Position numbers and translations under genes: made by a program. The notes beneath the pieces were generated by a model. The model had not been told where the DNA came from, made no database searches, and saw nothing but the letters and a program-made list of their open reading frames with translations. Positions 10,503 to 20,918 of a DNA stretch of 64,000 nucleotides are shown in pieces (positions within the stretch are counted from its first letter, which is position 1; each line of letters starts with the position of its first letter). Origin of the DNA: an uncultured Methanosarcinaceae archaeon (GTDB taxonomy: Archaea; Halobacteriota; Methanosarcinia; Methanosarcinales; Methanosarcinaceae); contig CAVSHT010000009.1 of assembly GCA_963727895.1 (NCBI GenBank), positions 372,482 to 436,481 on the forward strand, written 5' to 3'.

Positions 10503-11120
10503 TTATGGTTGTTGAGAATCAACATCATAGGACGTGTTTAATATGCTTTTTGCCTTAAGGACTCTCTGGATAACAGTGATATGAGAAAGTACAGCTATAA
10601 TTACAAGAGCCCAGTTAAGAAAACCTGAAATTCCTCCCAGAGCCAGAATAATCATTCTTTCTGTACGTTCGGCAATTCCAACTGATAGTTTTTGGCATCC
10701 TGCGGATTCCGCACGGGCGCGGGTATAGCTTACTAGAAAAGAGCCTATCAAAGCATAACCTGCCCAGAGCCAACCTTCAACTTGCACAATAGGGGAAAGG
10801 GAAAGTTTACCGTTAACTGCACCTGCTATTATCCCAAGGAATATCAAGCCATCAGAGTAACGGTCGCAAACTGAATCAAGTACGCCTCCAAAAGGCGTTA
10901 TCCGGCCTTTTGCCCTTGCGACACCTCCATCAAGAACGTCAAAAATCCCGCTGAAAAGAATTAGAAGCCCACCAATAAAAGGGTTGCCTAGAGCAAAAAA
11001 AGCCCCAGCTACCACGCTTACGGCAAACCCCATTAGAGTAAGGGTATTCGGAGATAGAGGAATCAAGCGAGCAACAGGAATTACCAGTTTTCTTACACTG
11101 TTTTTGAGTTCATTGAAGAT
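10503..11120 (-). CDS. CDP-alcohol phosphatidyltransferase, probably archaetidylinositol phosphate synthase (start uncertain: ATC at 11120 or TTG at 11066)
   Basis: SPNTLT and the DVLDGGVARAKGRITPFGGVLDSVCDRYSD CDP-alcohol phosphotransferase motif; SYTRARAES. Confidence 0.88.
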   Translation of the reverse strand: MFNELKNSVRKLVIPVARLIPLSPNTLTLMGFAVSVVAGAFFALGNPFIGGLLILFSGIFDVLDGGVARAKGRITPFGGVLDSVCDRYSDGLIFLGIIAGAVNGKLSLSPIVQVEGWLWAGYALIGSFLVSYTRARAESAGCQKLSVGIAERTERMIILALGGISGFLNWALVIIAVLSHITVIQRVLKAKSILNTSYDVDSQQP

Positions 11121-11565
11121 TTTAATCCCTTCCTTCTACGGTCTAATAATCGCTTATATAGTATGACATTATGGTTGAATATTAGCTTATCTTTTTGGAA
11201 AAAACCTGTTCACATTTATAATTGCTTGTTAAAGGTTTCCTATAGTTTCAATGATGGTTATCCAAAGGTAAATGTAGGCAAAGAGAATGAGAATTTGTAG
11301 AAAGATATGAAAATTCATTTCAAGAGAAGAATATTACAATTATTTTGTAATGATTTTTGAAAATTTTATACAGGTATAGTTATTGTTATCAATATATTAC
11401 TTTTCTAGTGTTGTAATTTCTTATTATTTTCTAGTAAAGAAGGAACTTTTAAGGACTTCTTGCCAAAAAGGACATTAATGATTCATAAAAACATAATTAA
11501 TGATCCATTAAAACATAAGTATAACATAGAATACCCACCAAGTTTAAAATGAATGGAGTTAAAAA

Positions 11566-12714
11566 ATGGAACTTGTCGAAAAGCATAGGTCAAATTGTAT
11601 AAAATGCGGGAGATGCCTCAAAATATGTCCTCGCTACAGTGACCTTGATTTGCTTGACAAGCTGTATGGATATCTAGAAGGTTATTCGGATATTGATGAA
11701 AACTGTTTGCCACGCTGCCTGACATGTGGACTCTGTAAGGATGCCTGTCCCGAGGAACTCGGAATCAAAATGCTTATTTCTCCTGCCAGACAGAAATGGG
11801 TAAATGAACATGGACTTACAGACAAGCAAACAATGATAGACCCTGAAGCTGGAAACAATCTTTTCAAGAAGATTGCAGAGATGGACAAAATTCCTGTTTA
11901 TAAAAAAGGTTCAGGCTCAATAGTATATTTTCCTGGCTGTGCAGGTACATATATCAACAAAATTATGGCACAAGCTACAATTGCACTGCTAGATAAAGCC
12001 TCAGTTGATTACACTGTCCTAAGCGGAGTTGAATACTGCTGTGGGGCTGTATCTGCAGGTTATGGAGATCCTGAACCTATTCGCAGGAATGGACAAAGAA
12101 ATATTGAAGAAATCCAAAAAAGGGGAGCAAAAATGTTTATAACAGCCTGCCCAGGATGCTTTAAGGCATTTAAAGATATCTACCCTAAAATGTTTGGAAA
12201 ACTTAATTTTCAGGTTCTGCACGTTTCACAATATCTTGAACTTCTTCTAAGGGAAGAAAAACTTGCTCCCAAAAATGTTCTAAAGCATAAAGTTTTTTAT
12301 CATGATCCCTGCCATCTGACCAGGGCAATGGGAGTATACAAAGAAGCAAGGGATGTGCTGAAGCACATAGAGGGCACCGAACTTGCTAATGAATCCCCGA
12401 AAAATTCGGCATGCTGTGGATTTGGCGGGGGAGTAAGGACTAATTATCCTTCTGAGTCTCTTGATGTAGCTTCAAACCGCTATAGGGCTGCTGAAAATTT
12501 AGGTTGTGATATAATTATCACAAATTGCGGAGGCTGTATGCAAAATCTTATTGAAGCTGGGAAAAATGAAAAAATAAAAATTTTTGATCTTGCTGAATAT
12601 CTTTCCCTTGCCTGTGGAATAAAAATAGAGAGAGAAGATGCCAGAATGCTGGCACTCGTAAATAAGGCTTATAGACTTTGTATTGACGGTTACAAAAAGC
12701 TAGAATATTTATGA
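11566..12714 (+). CDS. Fe-S oxidoreductase, GlpC/HdrD-like (two 4Fe-4S motifs plus two CCG domains)
   Basis: CIKCGRCLKICP, CLTCGLCKDACP, YFPGC, YCCGA, CPGC, YHDPCHL and CCGFGGG motifs. Confidence 0.88.
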   Translation: MELVEKHRSNCIKCGRCLKICPRYSDLDLLDKLYGYLEGYSDIDENCLPRCLTCGLCKDACPEELGIKMLISPARQKWVNEHGLTDKQTMIDPEAGNNLFKKIAEMDKIPVYKKGSGSIVYFPGCAGTYINKIMAQATIALLDKASVDYTVLSGVEYCCGAVSAGYGDPEPIRRNGQRNIEEIQKRGAKMFITACPGCFKAFKDIYPKMFGKLNFQVLHVSQYLELLLREEKLAPKNVLKHKVFYHDPCHLTRAMGVYKEARDVLKHIEGTELANESPKNSACCGFGGGVRTNYPSESLDVASNRYRAAENLGCDIIITNCGGCMQNLIEAGKNEKIKIFDLAEYLSLACGIKIEREDARMLALVNKAYRLCIDGYKKLEYL

Positions 12715-12841
12715 TCTTACCTTATAACTTGATTAGCTTTATAATAGTACTTTAACTTCTCGTTTTGACTTTCTTACCTTTTTACGATTTAACAAAAAAA
12801 TTAATAAGATAATTCAGAACCAAAAAATGAGATATAAATTT

Positions 12842-13578
12842 GGCATTGATACTTAAACATAGTTATATATTATTAGAAAGTATATTTCTTCATGAACTGC
12901 CCCAAATGCAATAGTTCCAGTCACAAAAAGAACGGTATAGTTGGCGGGCGTCAACGGTACAAATGCTCTGATTGTGGCTATAACTATACAGTAGAGCTAA
13001 AATCAACTGCTTTTTCCGCCTCTGTTAAAAAACAGGCTTTACAACTCTATCTTGAAGGATTGGGCTTTTGCTTAATAGGAAGAGTTTTAGGGGTAAGTCA
13101 CGTTTCTGTCCAAAAATGGATCAAGAAATTTGGTCAGGAGTTAGAGGACCTAAAAAGTGAAAGTGAGATATCTATTGTTGAAATGGATGAGATGCACACT
13201 TACATCGGTAACAAAAAAAATATTTCTGGATCTGGATTGCTGTTGATAGAGTTGGGAAAAAGTTCATCAACTGCTCTTTTGGCATCAGAGGAACGGAAAC
13301 TGGAAAACTACTTTGGGAAAAAGTGAAGAAAAAAATTGGAGAAGTGATGACCGATCACTGGAGAGCATATGCAGAGGTTCTTCCAGAAAAGATCCATACT
13401 CAATCAAAAGCAGAAACGTATACTGTTGAAGGATATAACAGCATATTGAGACATTTTCTAGCAAGATTAAGAAGAAAGACAAAGTGTTATACAAAAAGTC
13501 TTGAAATGCTAAAGTACTCGGTTATTCTATTGATGAAATACAGAAATAAAGAACTAGATCTAATTAAGTAACAATGCC
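12842..13578 (+). mobile_element. IS1-family insertion sequence, apparently intact, 737 bp
   Basis: TIRs GGCATTGATACT and AGTAACAATGCC; 8-bp target-site duplication ATAAATTT (12834-12841 and 13579-13586); InsA zinc-ribbon/HTH ORF plus InsB DDE ORF. Confidence 0.95.
12892..13571 (+). CDS. IS1 transposase InsA/InsB fusion via -1 frameshift at the A8 run (13213-13220)
   Basis: InsA (MNCPKC...CSDC...EMDEMHTYIGNKK) continues in the -1 frame as YFWIWIAVDRVGKKFINCSFGIRG..., which is in frame with ORF 13323..13571 (TDHWRAY...VEGYNSILRHFLARL). Confidence 0.88.
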
Positions 13579-14151
13579 ATAAATTTATTCTTTTTTAGTA
13601 AATTGAGCCTTAAGAGAACATTAAAAATAAAAAAGAAATTTTCAAAATAGAATTAGAGGATTTTTTGATTAATTTTCCATGATATTAACATAAAATTTGC
13701 CGTCTTTGAAGCTTATTTTTGGAAATATCTATTAGCAAATTATTTATTTTTACCCAGATAAATCTCTTATTTCTTTTTGTAATTATTGAGAGGTTTCATA
13801 AATAAGTTTCTATGTATAAGAGAGTGTAATCAGGAATATTTATATAGTATGTAACCGGAATTAGGATTCTGATTACTTGTTTAGATACAAACTCTAAACT
13901 ACTATAAAACCTTGAGGAATGGCAAAAATGATTACAGAAGTAGATTTTGAGCAAAAACTTTCTAACTTAACTGGTTGCTGCAACAGGAAAGGTGTTCCTG
14001 TAGCCATATAGAATGAAATGTCAGACTTCTTCCACAAAAAAAATTCCAATTATGAGAAGTCTGGGAAAATAAACGCTGTTTATAATAGTTTTATGGAACG
14101 AGGACTGCTCCTACCTTTTAGAATGCAGAATGTGTCTAAGAGGTGTTACTT

Positions 14152-15645
14152 ATGAGTGGAGAAGACCACGACCTTGGAATCGATTGGGAACACGGTCCTC
14201 AGTGCAGTAAAGTGATCTGTGAAGCAGAAGAACTCAAAAGAACAATTGACTGGAAACAGGGGCTTGCGATTTCTCTTGGGGTTCCTTTATTGATCCTTCC
14301 TTCAATAGGTTATCTTACGGGTTATCTCTGGGCTTTTTCAATAATAGTATGGGGGTTAACTGTCCTTCTTGGTTTTCTCCAGAACACTTCATTCGGAGAG
14401 ATGGCAACTGTTTTCCCAAAAGCTTTGGGAATGCCTGGCTATACTCAAACTGTTTTTAGCTCAGGTGATGAAGATGCAGGTAATAAATCGAAAAGTATAG
14501 GTAAATTCATAGGAGGTTTCAGCGCCTGGGGTTACTGGATAGGCTGGAGTCCGGTGCTTGCGATTTATGCAATCCTTATCGGTACTTATCTGCACGGACT
14601 AATTCCGATGTTTAGTTCGATTCCACAGACTCCCTTCAATGTAGTGGTTGGAGCACTTGTATTTGCCCCTATGGTCTATATAAACTCAAAAGGACTTAAA
14701 AACGGAGCTAGTCTCAGTTATATTCTGGCTATAATATCGATATTACCCCTGCTTATTATTAGTATTGCTCCTTTCTTTACCGGAGACTTCCACATTACAA
14801 ACATTACAGGTGCCTGGATACCCACTGACTGGACCTGGGACTTAAAGCATGTATTAATGCTCTTTGGACTTTTCGCAATGGCTGAATGGAGTGCTGTTGG
14901 CTGGGAAAGCGCAGCAATATTTGGGCCTGAGTATAAAAAACCCAATGTTGACACTCCAAAAGCACTGTTATCCTGTGGTTTAGTTTGTCTTGTAATCTAC
15001 GTGCTTGTTCAGGCTTCAGTTGTTGGGTCTCTTGGAGTTAAAGGTGTACTTGCAGATCCAGTCTCCCCAATGCTACCTCTCGCAAAGCTTTCTTTGGGAC
15101 CGACTGGAGGTACAATTGCAATTATCATACTAATTGCAGCCATGCTCCTGATTATTCAGACTGCTTTTCTCTCTTCGGCAAGGTCAATATATTCAATGGC
15201 AATGGAAGGAAACCTCCCATCTGTCTTTGGTAAACTGAACGCAAATGGGAACCCTATGAATGCAATGATAGCGGATGCATTCTTCAATATGTGCCTAATT
15301 CTCCTTGGAACTCCAACAGCAATTATTTCAGCTTCTGCGGTTGGTTACATTGTCGCAAATGGTATGAGCCTCTTTGCCTACGTAAAATATAGAAAAGATC
15401 CAAAACTTTCAAAGCTTGACAGACCTTTCAAAGCTCCTCGCGGATGGACTTACGTAGCTTTGATAACCGGGATTCTGAATATCCCCTTCTTCCTAATCGG
15501 AATCATATATATTAATGCGATGGAAAGTGGATGGACTACCATACTAGTTGGTTTTGTTGTGCTTTTCCTATACATCCCTATTTGGCTCAATTTACATCAA
15601 AAATCAAAGACAGTAAACGACCAAAAATCAGTTATTGCAGAATGA
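14152..15645 (+). CDS. mtbP: APC-family permease, probable methylamine (dimethylamine) permease
   Basis: About 12 hydrophobic segments with ELKRTIDWKQGL and WSAVGWESAAIFGPEYK motifs; RBS GAGGTG before the ATG at 14152; directly upstream of mtbC-mttB. Gene symbol rests partly on context. Confidence 0.75.
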   Translation: MSGEDHDLGIDWEHGPQCSKVICEAEELKRTIDWKQGLAISLGVPLLILPSIGYLTGYLWAFSIIVWGLTVLLGFLQNTSFGEMATVFPKALGMPGYTQTVFSSGDEDAGNKSKSIGKFIGGFSAWGYWIGWSPVLAIYAILIGTYLHGLIPMFSSIPQTPFNVVVGALVFAPMVYINSKGLKNGASLSYILAIISILPLLIISIAPFFTGDFHITNITGAWIPTDWTWDLKHVLMLFGLFAMAEWSAVGWESAAIFGPEYKKPNVDTPKALLSCGLVCLVIYVLVQASVVGSLGVKGVLADPVSPMLPLAKLSLGPTGGTIAIIILIAAMLLIIQTAFLSSARSIYSMAMEGNLPSVFGKLNANGNPMNAMIADAFFNMCLILLGTPTAIISASAVGYIVANGMSLFAYVKYRKDPKLSKLDRPFKAPRGWTYVALITGILNIPFFLIGIIYINAMESGWTTILVGFVVLFLYIPIWLNLHQKSKTVNDQKSVIAE

Positions 15646-15815
15646 GCCTACAAGATGTAACAGCTTGAAAGTATTAAGATAGAACAATATCAGTTTTATC
15701 TTATATCAGTTTTATCTTATTTCTTAATAGAAACTAATCTATATTATATAAATATTAAAGAATATTTTTGAAAAATATTAATAGACATTTATAAAAAGGA
15801 AGTAAGATATATAAT

Positions 15816-15948
15816 GAGCCTATCCTAAAACTCAAAATTTGCTTATTAGGCATTCAATTTCAGATATTCAACCAAGCTTTTGATTGTGAAAACAATTTCG
15901 AAAATTCCCAACAATTAAGAATAATAAAGTAGTTTTTGGGATAGGCTC
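15816..15948. mobile_element. MITE-like element (~133 bp), copy 1
   Basis: Terminal inverted repeats GAGCCTATCCTAAAACT and AGTTTTTGGGATAGGCTC, flanked by AAT on both sides (possible 3-bp TSD). Non-coding and related to 49747-49876. Confidence 0.78.
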
Positions 15949-16288
15949 AATATTTATATTTTATGATTATCTATTTTTATATTTTATTTTGGGATAAACA
16001 AAAAAGACTAAATAGAAAAGTATATATAAAAGATCGTTGGGTACCAAAAAATTGCCAAAAAAATATATATATTAGAAAAAATAAACATGGTTATAAGAGA
16101 CATCTGAAAGACGATATCCCAGAGGGGATTAAAATGGCACAAAATAAACTCCTCTGCTAAAAAAACTCATGAACCCCAATCAGCGTCATCATGGCACTCT
16201 ATAGTTTCATTATTTCGCTTGTGGTAATTATGGTTTCTACCCAGAGTCAGGAAGAGACGTCTCTACTGTTCAAAAACTAAAACGGAGG

Positions 16289-16939
16289 ATGCGTAACATT
16301 AGCAAAGAAGAATTACTTCAGGAACTTGCAGATGCTATAATTTCCTGCAAGAAGGATGCAGTACTTGCTGCAGTTGAAAAAGCTAAAGGAGAAGTGGAAC
16401 CTTCTGAGATAATTGAAAAAGGGCTTGCAGTCGGAATGAACGAAGTAGGTGTCCGTTTTGAGAGGGGAAAACTCTTCCTTCCACACGTGATGATAGCTGC
16501 CGACGCTATGACTGCAGGAGTAGCAGCTCTGAAGGACCTTATGCCAGAAGGAGCTTCCAGCTCAAAACTAGGAGTTATTGTGAACGGTACAGTTGAAGGT
16601 GACGTTCATGATATTGGAAAAGCAATCGTGTCCACAATGCTTCAATCATCTGGTTTTGAAGTGCACGATATCGGCCGTGATGTTCCAGTAAAGAAGTTCA
16701 TAGAAAAGGCAAAGGAAGTAAACGCTAACATGATTGGAATTTCCGCCCTTATGACTACCACACTGCAGGGGCAGAGAGATGTCATTGAACTTCTTAAAGA
16801 AGAAGGAATGAGAGATAAGGTAAAAGTGATGGTAGGTGGAGCACCAGCAACCCAGGCATGGGCTGACAAGATCGGTGCAGACTGTTATGCCGAAAATGCA
16901 AGTGAAGCTGTCGTAAAGGCAAAGGAACTGCTCATTTAA
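16289..16939 (+). CDS. mtbC: Dimethylamine corrinoid protein
   Basis: B12-binding [16 protein letters not shown] and MVGGAP motifs; first gene of the mtbC-mttB-mttC unit. Confidence 0.88.
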   Translation: MRNISKEELLQELADAIISCKKDAVLAAVEKAKGEVEPSEIIEKGLAVGMNEVGVRFERGKLFLPHVMIAADAMTAGVAALKDLMPEGASSSKLGVIVNGTVEGDVHDIGKAIVSTMLQSSGFEVHDIGRDVPVKKFIEKAKEVNANMIGISALMTTTLQGQRDVIELLKEEGMRDKVKVMVGGAPATQAWADKIGADCYAENASEAVVKAKELLI

Positions 16940-16976
16940 GTTGTTTCAGGACAGCTTTTATTTGGAGGTTATAAAA

Positions 16977-18464
16977 ATGGCAAAAAATAATGCAGTTGCA
17001 GGATTTAATGCACTTAATGGCGTAGAATTAAACCTTTTTACGAATGATGAACTTAAGGCAATTCACTATGCAACCATGGAAGTTCTGATGGAACCTGGAA
17101 TTCAGGTTTCTGACCCTGAAGCAAGACAGATCTTCAAGGAAAATGGTTGTGAAGTTGATGAGAAAACAAACGTTGTAAAAATTCCGGAATATCTGGTAAG
17201 AAAAGCTCTTCAGCTTGCACCGTCAAGATTTGTTCTCTGGGGCAGAGACAAAAAGTTCAATACAGTCCAGGAATGCGGAGGAAAAGTTCACTGGACCTGT
17301 TTTGGTACCGGTGTAAAGGTGTGCAAGTACCAGGATGGAAAGTACGTAACGGTTGACTCTGTTGAAAAGGATATTGCAGACATCGCAAAACTCTGTGATT
17401 GGGCAGAAAACATTGACTATTTCTCACTGCCTGTTTCTGCAAGGGATATTGCAGGCCAGGGTGCCCAGGATGTACACGAAACACTTACTCCAATTGCAAA
17501 TACTGCAAAACACTACCATCACATTGACCCTGTTGGCGAAAATGTAGAGTATTACAGGGATATTGTAACAGCCTACTATGGGGGAGACGAAGAAGAAGCA
17601 AGGAAGAAACCAATTTTCTCAATGCTCCTCTGCCCAACCAGCCCTCTAGAACTCAGTGTAAATGCATGTCAGGTCATTATTAAAGGTGCCCGTTTCGGAA
17701 TGCCGGTTAACGTCCTGAGTATGGCAATGTCAGGTGGATCATCTCCTGTTTACCTGGCAGGAACTCTTGTAACACACAATGCAGAAGTTCTTTCGGGAAT
17801 TGTACTTGCTCAACTTACAGTTCCAGGAAGCAAAGTATGGTATGGAAGTTCAACAACTACTTTTGACCTGAAGAAAGGTACTGCGCCTGTAGGATCTCCG
17901 GAACTTGGTTTGATAAGCGCGGCTGTGGCAAAACTCGCGCAGTTCTATGGTCTTCCTTCATATGTGGCAGGTTCTTAGTCTGATGCCAAGATCCCGGATA
18001 ACCAGGCAGGACACGAGAAAACTATGACAACTCTTCTGCCTGCACTTGCTGGTGCAAACACAATTTATGGAGCCGGGATGCTTGAGCTTGGAATGACATT
18101 CTCAATGGAACAGCTTGTTATTGATAATGATATTTTTAGCATGGTAAAGAAAGCCATGCAGGGAATTCCTGTATCTGAAGAAACTCTTGCAGTTGAATCT
18201 ATCCAGAAGGTAGGGATTGGAAACAATTTCCTTGCCCTGAAACAGACCAGACAGCTTGTAGACTATCCTTCTAACCCAATGCTTATTGACAGGCATATGT
18301 TTGGAGACTGGGCAGCAGCAGGATCAAAAGACCTGGCAACAGTTGCACACGAGAAGGTTGAAGATGTTCTTAAAAACTACCAGGTAAAGCCAATTGATGC
18401 AGATATTCTCAAGGATATGCAGGCAGTCGTGGACAGGGCTGATAAAGCATTTAGAGGCATGTAA
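16977..18464 (+). CDS. mttB: Trimethylamine:corrinoid methyltransferase, pyrrolysine at codon 334 (TAG 17976-17978)
   Basis: [11 protein letters not shown] start after a GGAGG RBS. ORFs 16941..17978 and 18024..18464 share one frame and are joined across a single TAG (YVAGS-O-SDAKIPD), giving 495 aa. Confidence 0.97.
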
Positions 18465-18495
18465 TTAAATTTTCAGAGATTCAGGAGATCTAAAA

Positions 18496-19146
18496 ATGGC
18501 AAATAAAGAAGAAATAATTGCAAAAGCAAAGGAAGCAATTACAGAGTTCGATGGGGAAATAGCAGCAGAAGTGGCAGAAGAAGCACTTGCTGCAGGAATA
18601 GACCCTGTTGAACTTATTGAAAAAGGGTTTACTGCAGGTATGGAAGAAGTTGGAGAGAAGTTTGGACAGGGGGAACTGTTCTTGCCACATGTGCTTGCAG
18701 CAGCGGAAGCGATGAATGAAGGCATAAAGGTTATTACTCCGGAAATGGAAAAGAGAAAGTCTCAGACAAAGAGCCTGGGAACTGTTGTTCTCGGAACGAT
18801 TGAAGGAGATATCCACTCGATAGGAAAAGACATACTGGCTTCGATGCTGAAAATTGCAGGTTTTAAAGTGGTGGATCTGGGAAGAGACGTGCCTATAAAG
18901 ACGTTTGTTGAAAAGGCAAAGGAAGTTAAACCACAGGTAATTGCATCCTCAGCACTTATGACCACTACAATGGTTAACCAGATACAGATAGAGGAACAGC
19001 TGAAGGAAGCTGGACTCAGGGACCAGGTTAAGACAATGGTCGGAGGAGCACCAGTAACCCAGGACTGGGCAGACAAGATCGGAGCAGATATTTACGGTGA
19101 AAGTGCAAACGATGCAGTAAGTAAGGTAAAAGCAGCGTTAGCCTGA
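18496..19146 (+). CDS. mttC: Trimethylamine corrinoid protein
   Basis: EGDIHSIGK B12-binding motif; immediately follows mttB. Confidence 0.92.
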   Translation: MANKEEIIAKAKEAITEFDGEIAAEVAEEALAAGIDPVELIEKGFTAGMEEVGEKFGQGELFLPHVLAAAEAMNEGIKVITPEMEKRKSQTKSLGTVVLGTIEGDIHSIGKDILASMLKIAGFKVVDLGRDVPIKTFVEKAKEVKPQVIASSALMTTTMVNQIQIEEQLKEAGLRDQVKTMVGGAPVTQDWADKIGADIYGESANDAVSKVKAALA

Positions 19147-19353
19147 AGCAAGTTAAGTTGTAGACAATGTAATCTCATTGGATACATCGTCTACAAAAAT
19201 TTGATTTTTTGTGGGTTTTGCGTAATCTGTATTTGAAAAATCAGATAAAGTCTTTTGCAGGTTACATCTATGGAAATATTATAGAATGTAATTACTGTAA
19301 AAATGGCATTATAAAAAAGATTATTAAAAATTTAATGGCTAGGTGTTATGAAA

Positions 19354-20757
19354 ATGGCAACCGAATATGCTTTACGTATGGGAGACGGGAAACGTGTCTT
19401 CCTTACTAAAGAGAAAATTATAGAGGAGATTGAAGCAGGAACTGCAAATGCTGCTGATCTTGGTGAGATACCTACCCTCAGTGCTGATGAAATTGACAAA
19501 CTTGCAGAAATTCTTATGATGCCTGGCAAGGCCGTCAGTGTTGAACAGGGTATGGAAATTCCTGTAACTCACGATATAGGCACTATCAGACTTGATGGTG
19601 ACCAGGGTAACAGCGGTGTTGGGATTCCTTCAAGCCGTTTAGTTGGCTGCATGACGCACGAACGTGCTTTTGGTGCCGATACAATGGAACTTGGTCACAT
19701 TGACTACAGTTTCAAGCCTGTAAAGCCTGTTGTATCAAATGAATGCCAGGCAATGGAAGTATGCCAGCAGAACATGGTAATTCCACTCTTTTACGGCGCA
19801 ATGCCAAACATGGGGCTTTACTATACACCAGATGGACCTTTTGAGAATCCAGGAGACCTTATGAAGGCTTTTAAAATACAGGAAGCCTGGGAATCAATGG
19901 AACACGCTGCTGAGCACCTGACAAGGGATACTGTGTGGGTTATGCAGAAGCTTTTTGCCTCTGGTGCCGATGGTGTTAACTTTGACACAACCGGTGCAGC
20001 AGGCGATGGTGACATGTACGGTACACTCCATGCAATTGAAGCTCTCAGAAAAGAGTTCCCTGAGATGTACATCGAAGCTGGAATGGCTGGAGAATGCGTA
20101 CTCGGTATGCATGGAAACCTTCAGTACGAAGGCACTACACTTGCAGGACTCTGGCCACACCAGCAGGCACCTCTGATTGCAAAAGCCGGAGCAAATGTTT
20201 TTGGACCAGTGTGCAACACCAATACCAGCAAGACCTCAGCCTGGAACCTTGCCCGTGCAGTAACTTTCATTAAGTCTGCAGTACAGGCATCTCCAATTCC
20301 ATGTCATGTAAATATGGGAATGGGAGTTGGTGGAATTCCAATGCTTGAAACTCCTCCTATTGACGCAGTCACCAGGGCGAGCAAGGCAATGGTAGAAATT
20401 GCAGGCGTCGACGGCATATAGATCGGAGTCGGCGACCCAATGGGTATGCCGATTTCCCACATAATGGCTTCAGGTATGACTGGTATAAGAGCTGCAGGAG
20501 ACCTTGTAGCTAGAATGGAGTTCTCAAAGAATATGCGCATTGGAGAGGCAAAAGAATACGTGGCAAAGAAGCTAGGTGTTGACATTATGTCTCTTACAGA
20601 TGAGCATGTTATGCGCGAACTGCGTGAAGAACTTGATATTGGGGTCATAACTTCAGTACCAGGAGCTGCAAAAGGAATTGCAGCAAAGATGAATATTGAA
20701 AAATTGTTAGATATAAAGATAAATTCCTGCAATCTATTCAGAAAGCAGATTGCTTAA
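19354..20757 (+). CDS. mtbB: Dimethylamine:corrinoid methyltransferase, pyrrolysine at codon 356 (TAG 20419-20421)
   Basis: [13 protein letters not shown] start. ORFs 19348..20421 and 20440..20757 are in frame across a single TAG (GVDGI-O-IGVGDP), giving 467 aa. Confidence 0.97.
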
Positions 20758-20918
20758 GGGATTCAGGTAGTATCCTGAATATCCCGCTCCAGCAGGGGAA
20801 AACAAGATCAAAACTGAACAAATTTGTGCCTGTCAAAAAATATACAATAAATATGAAACCCCTCAGACGGGCCCAAAAAGTTCTTCCTTGAAAAAATAAC
20901 GACCACCATCCCCTGCTG
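20758..20918 (+). other. Structured 3' region after mtbB: hairpin plus 10-bp long-range inverted repeat
   Basis: Hairpin GGGATTCAGG...CCTGAATATCCC (20758-20785); CAGCAGGGGA (20790-20799) is the perfect complement of TCCCCTGCTG (20909-20918); T-rich sequence follows. Confidence 0.55.

Noticed and set aside
15963..16160. 65-aa ORF upstream of mtbC
   Set aside because: AT-rich, low-complexity frame spanning the probable promoter; no RBS.
17979..18060. PYLIS-like stem-loop after the amber codons
   Set aside because: No convincing shared structure downstream of the mttB and mtbB TAGs by eye, and such an element is not required for Pyl insertion.
19209..19409. 66-aa ORF between mttC and mtbB
   Set aside because: Overlaps mtbB out of frame, is AT-rich, and shows no permease-like hydrophobicity.
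16941..20757. mttB and mtbB as split pseudogenes
   Set aside because: Each break is a single in-frame TAG at the known pyrrolysine position.
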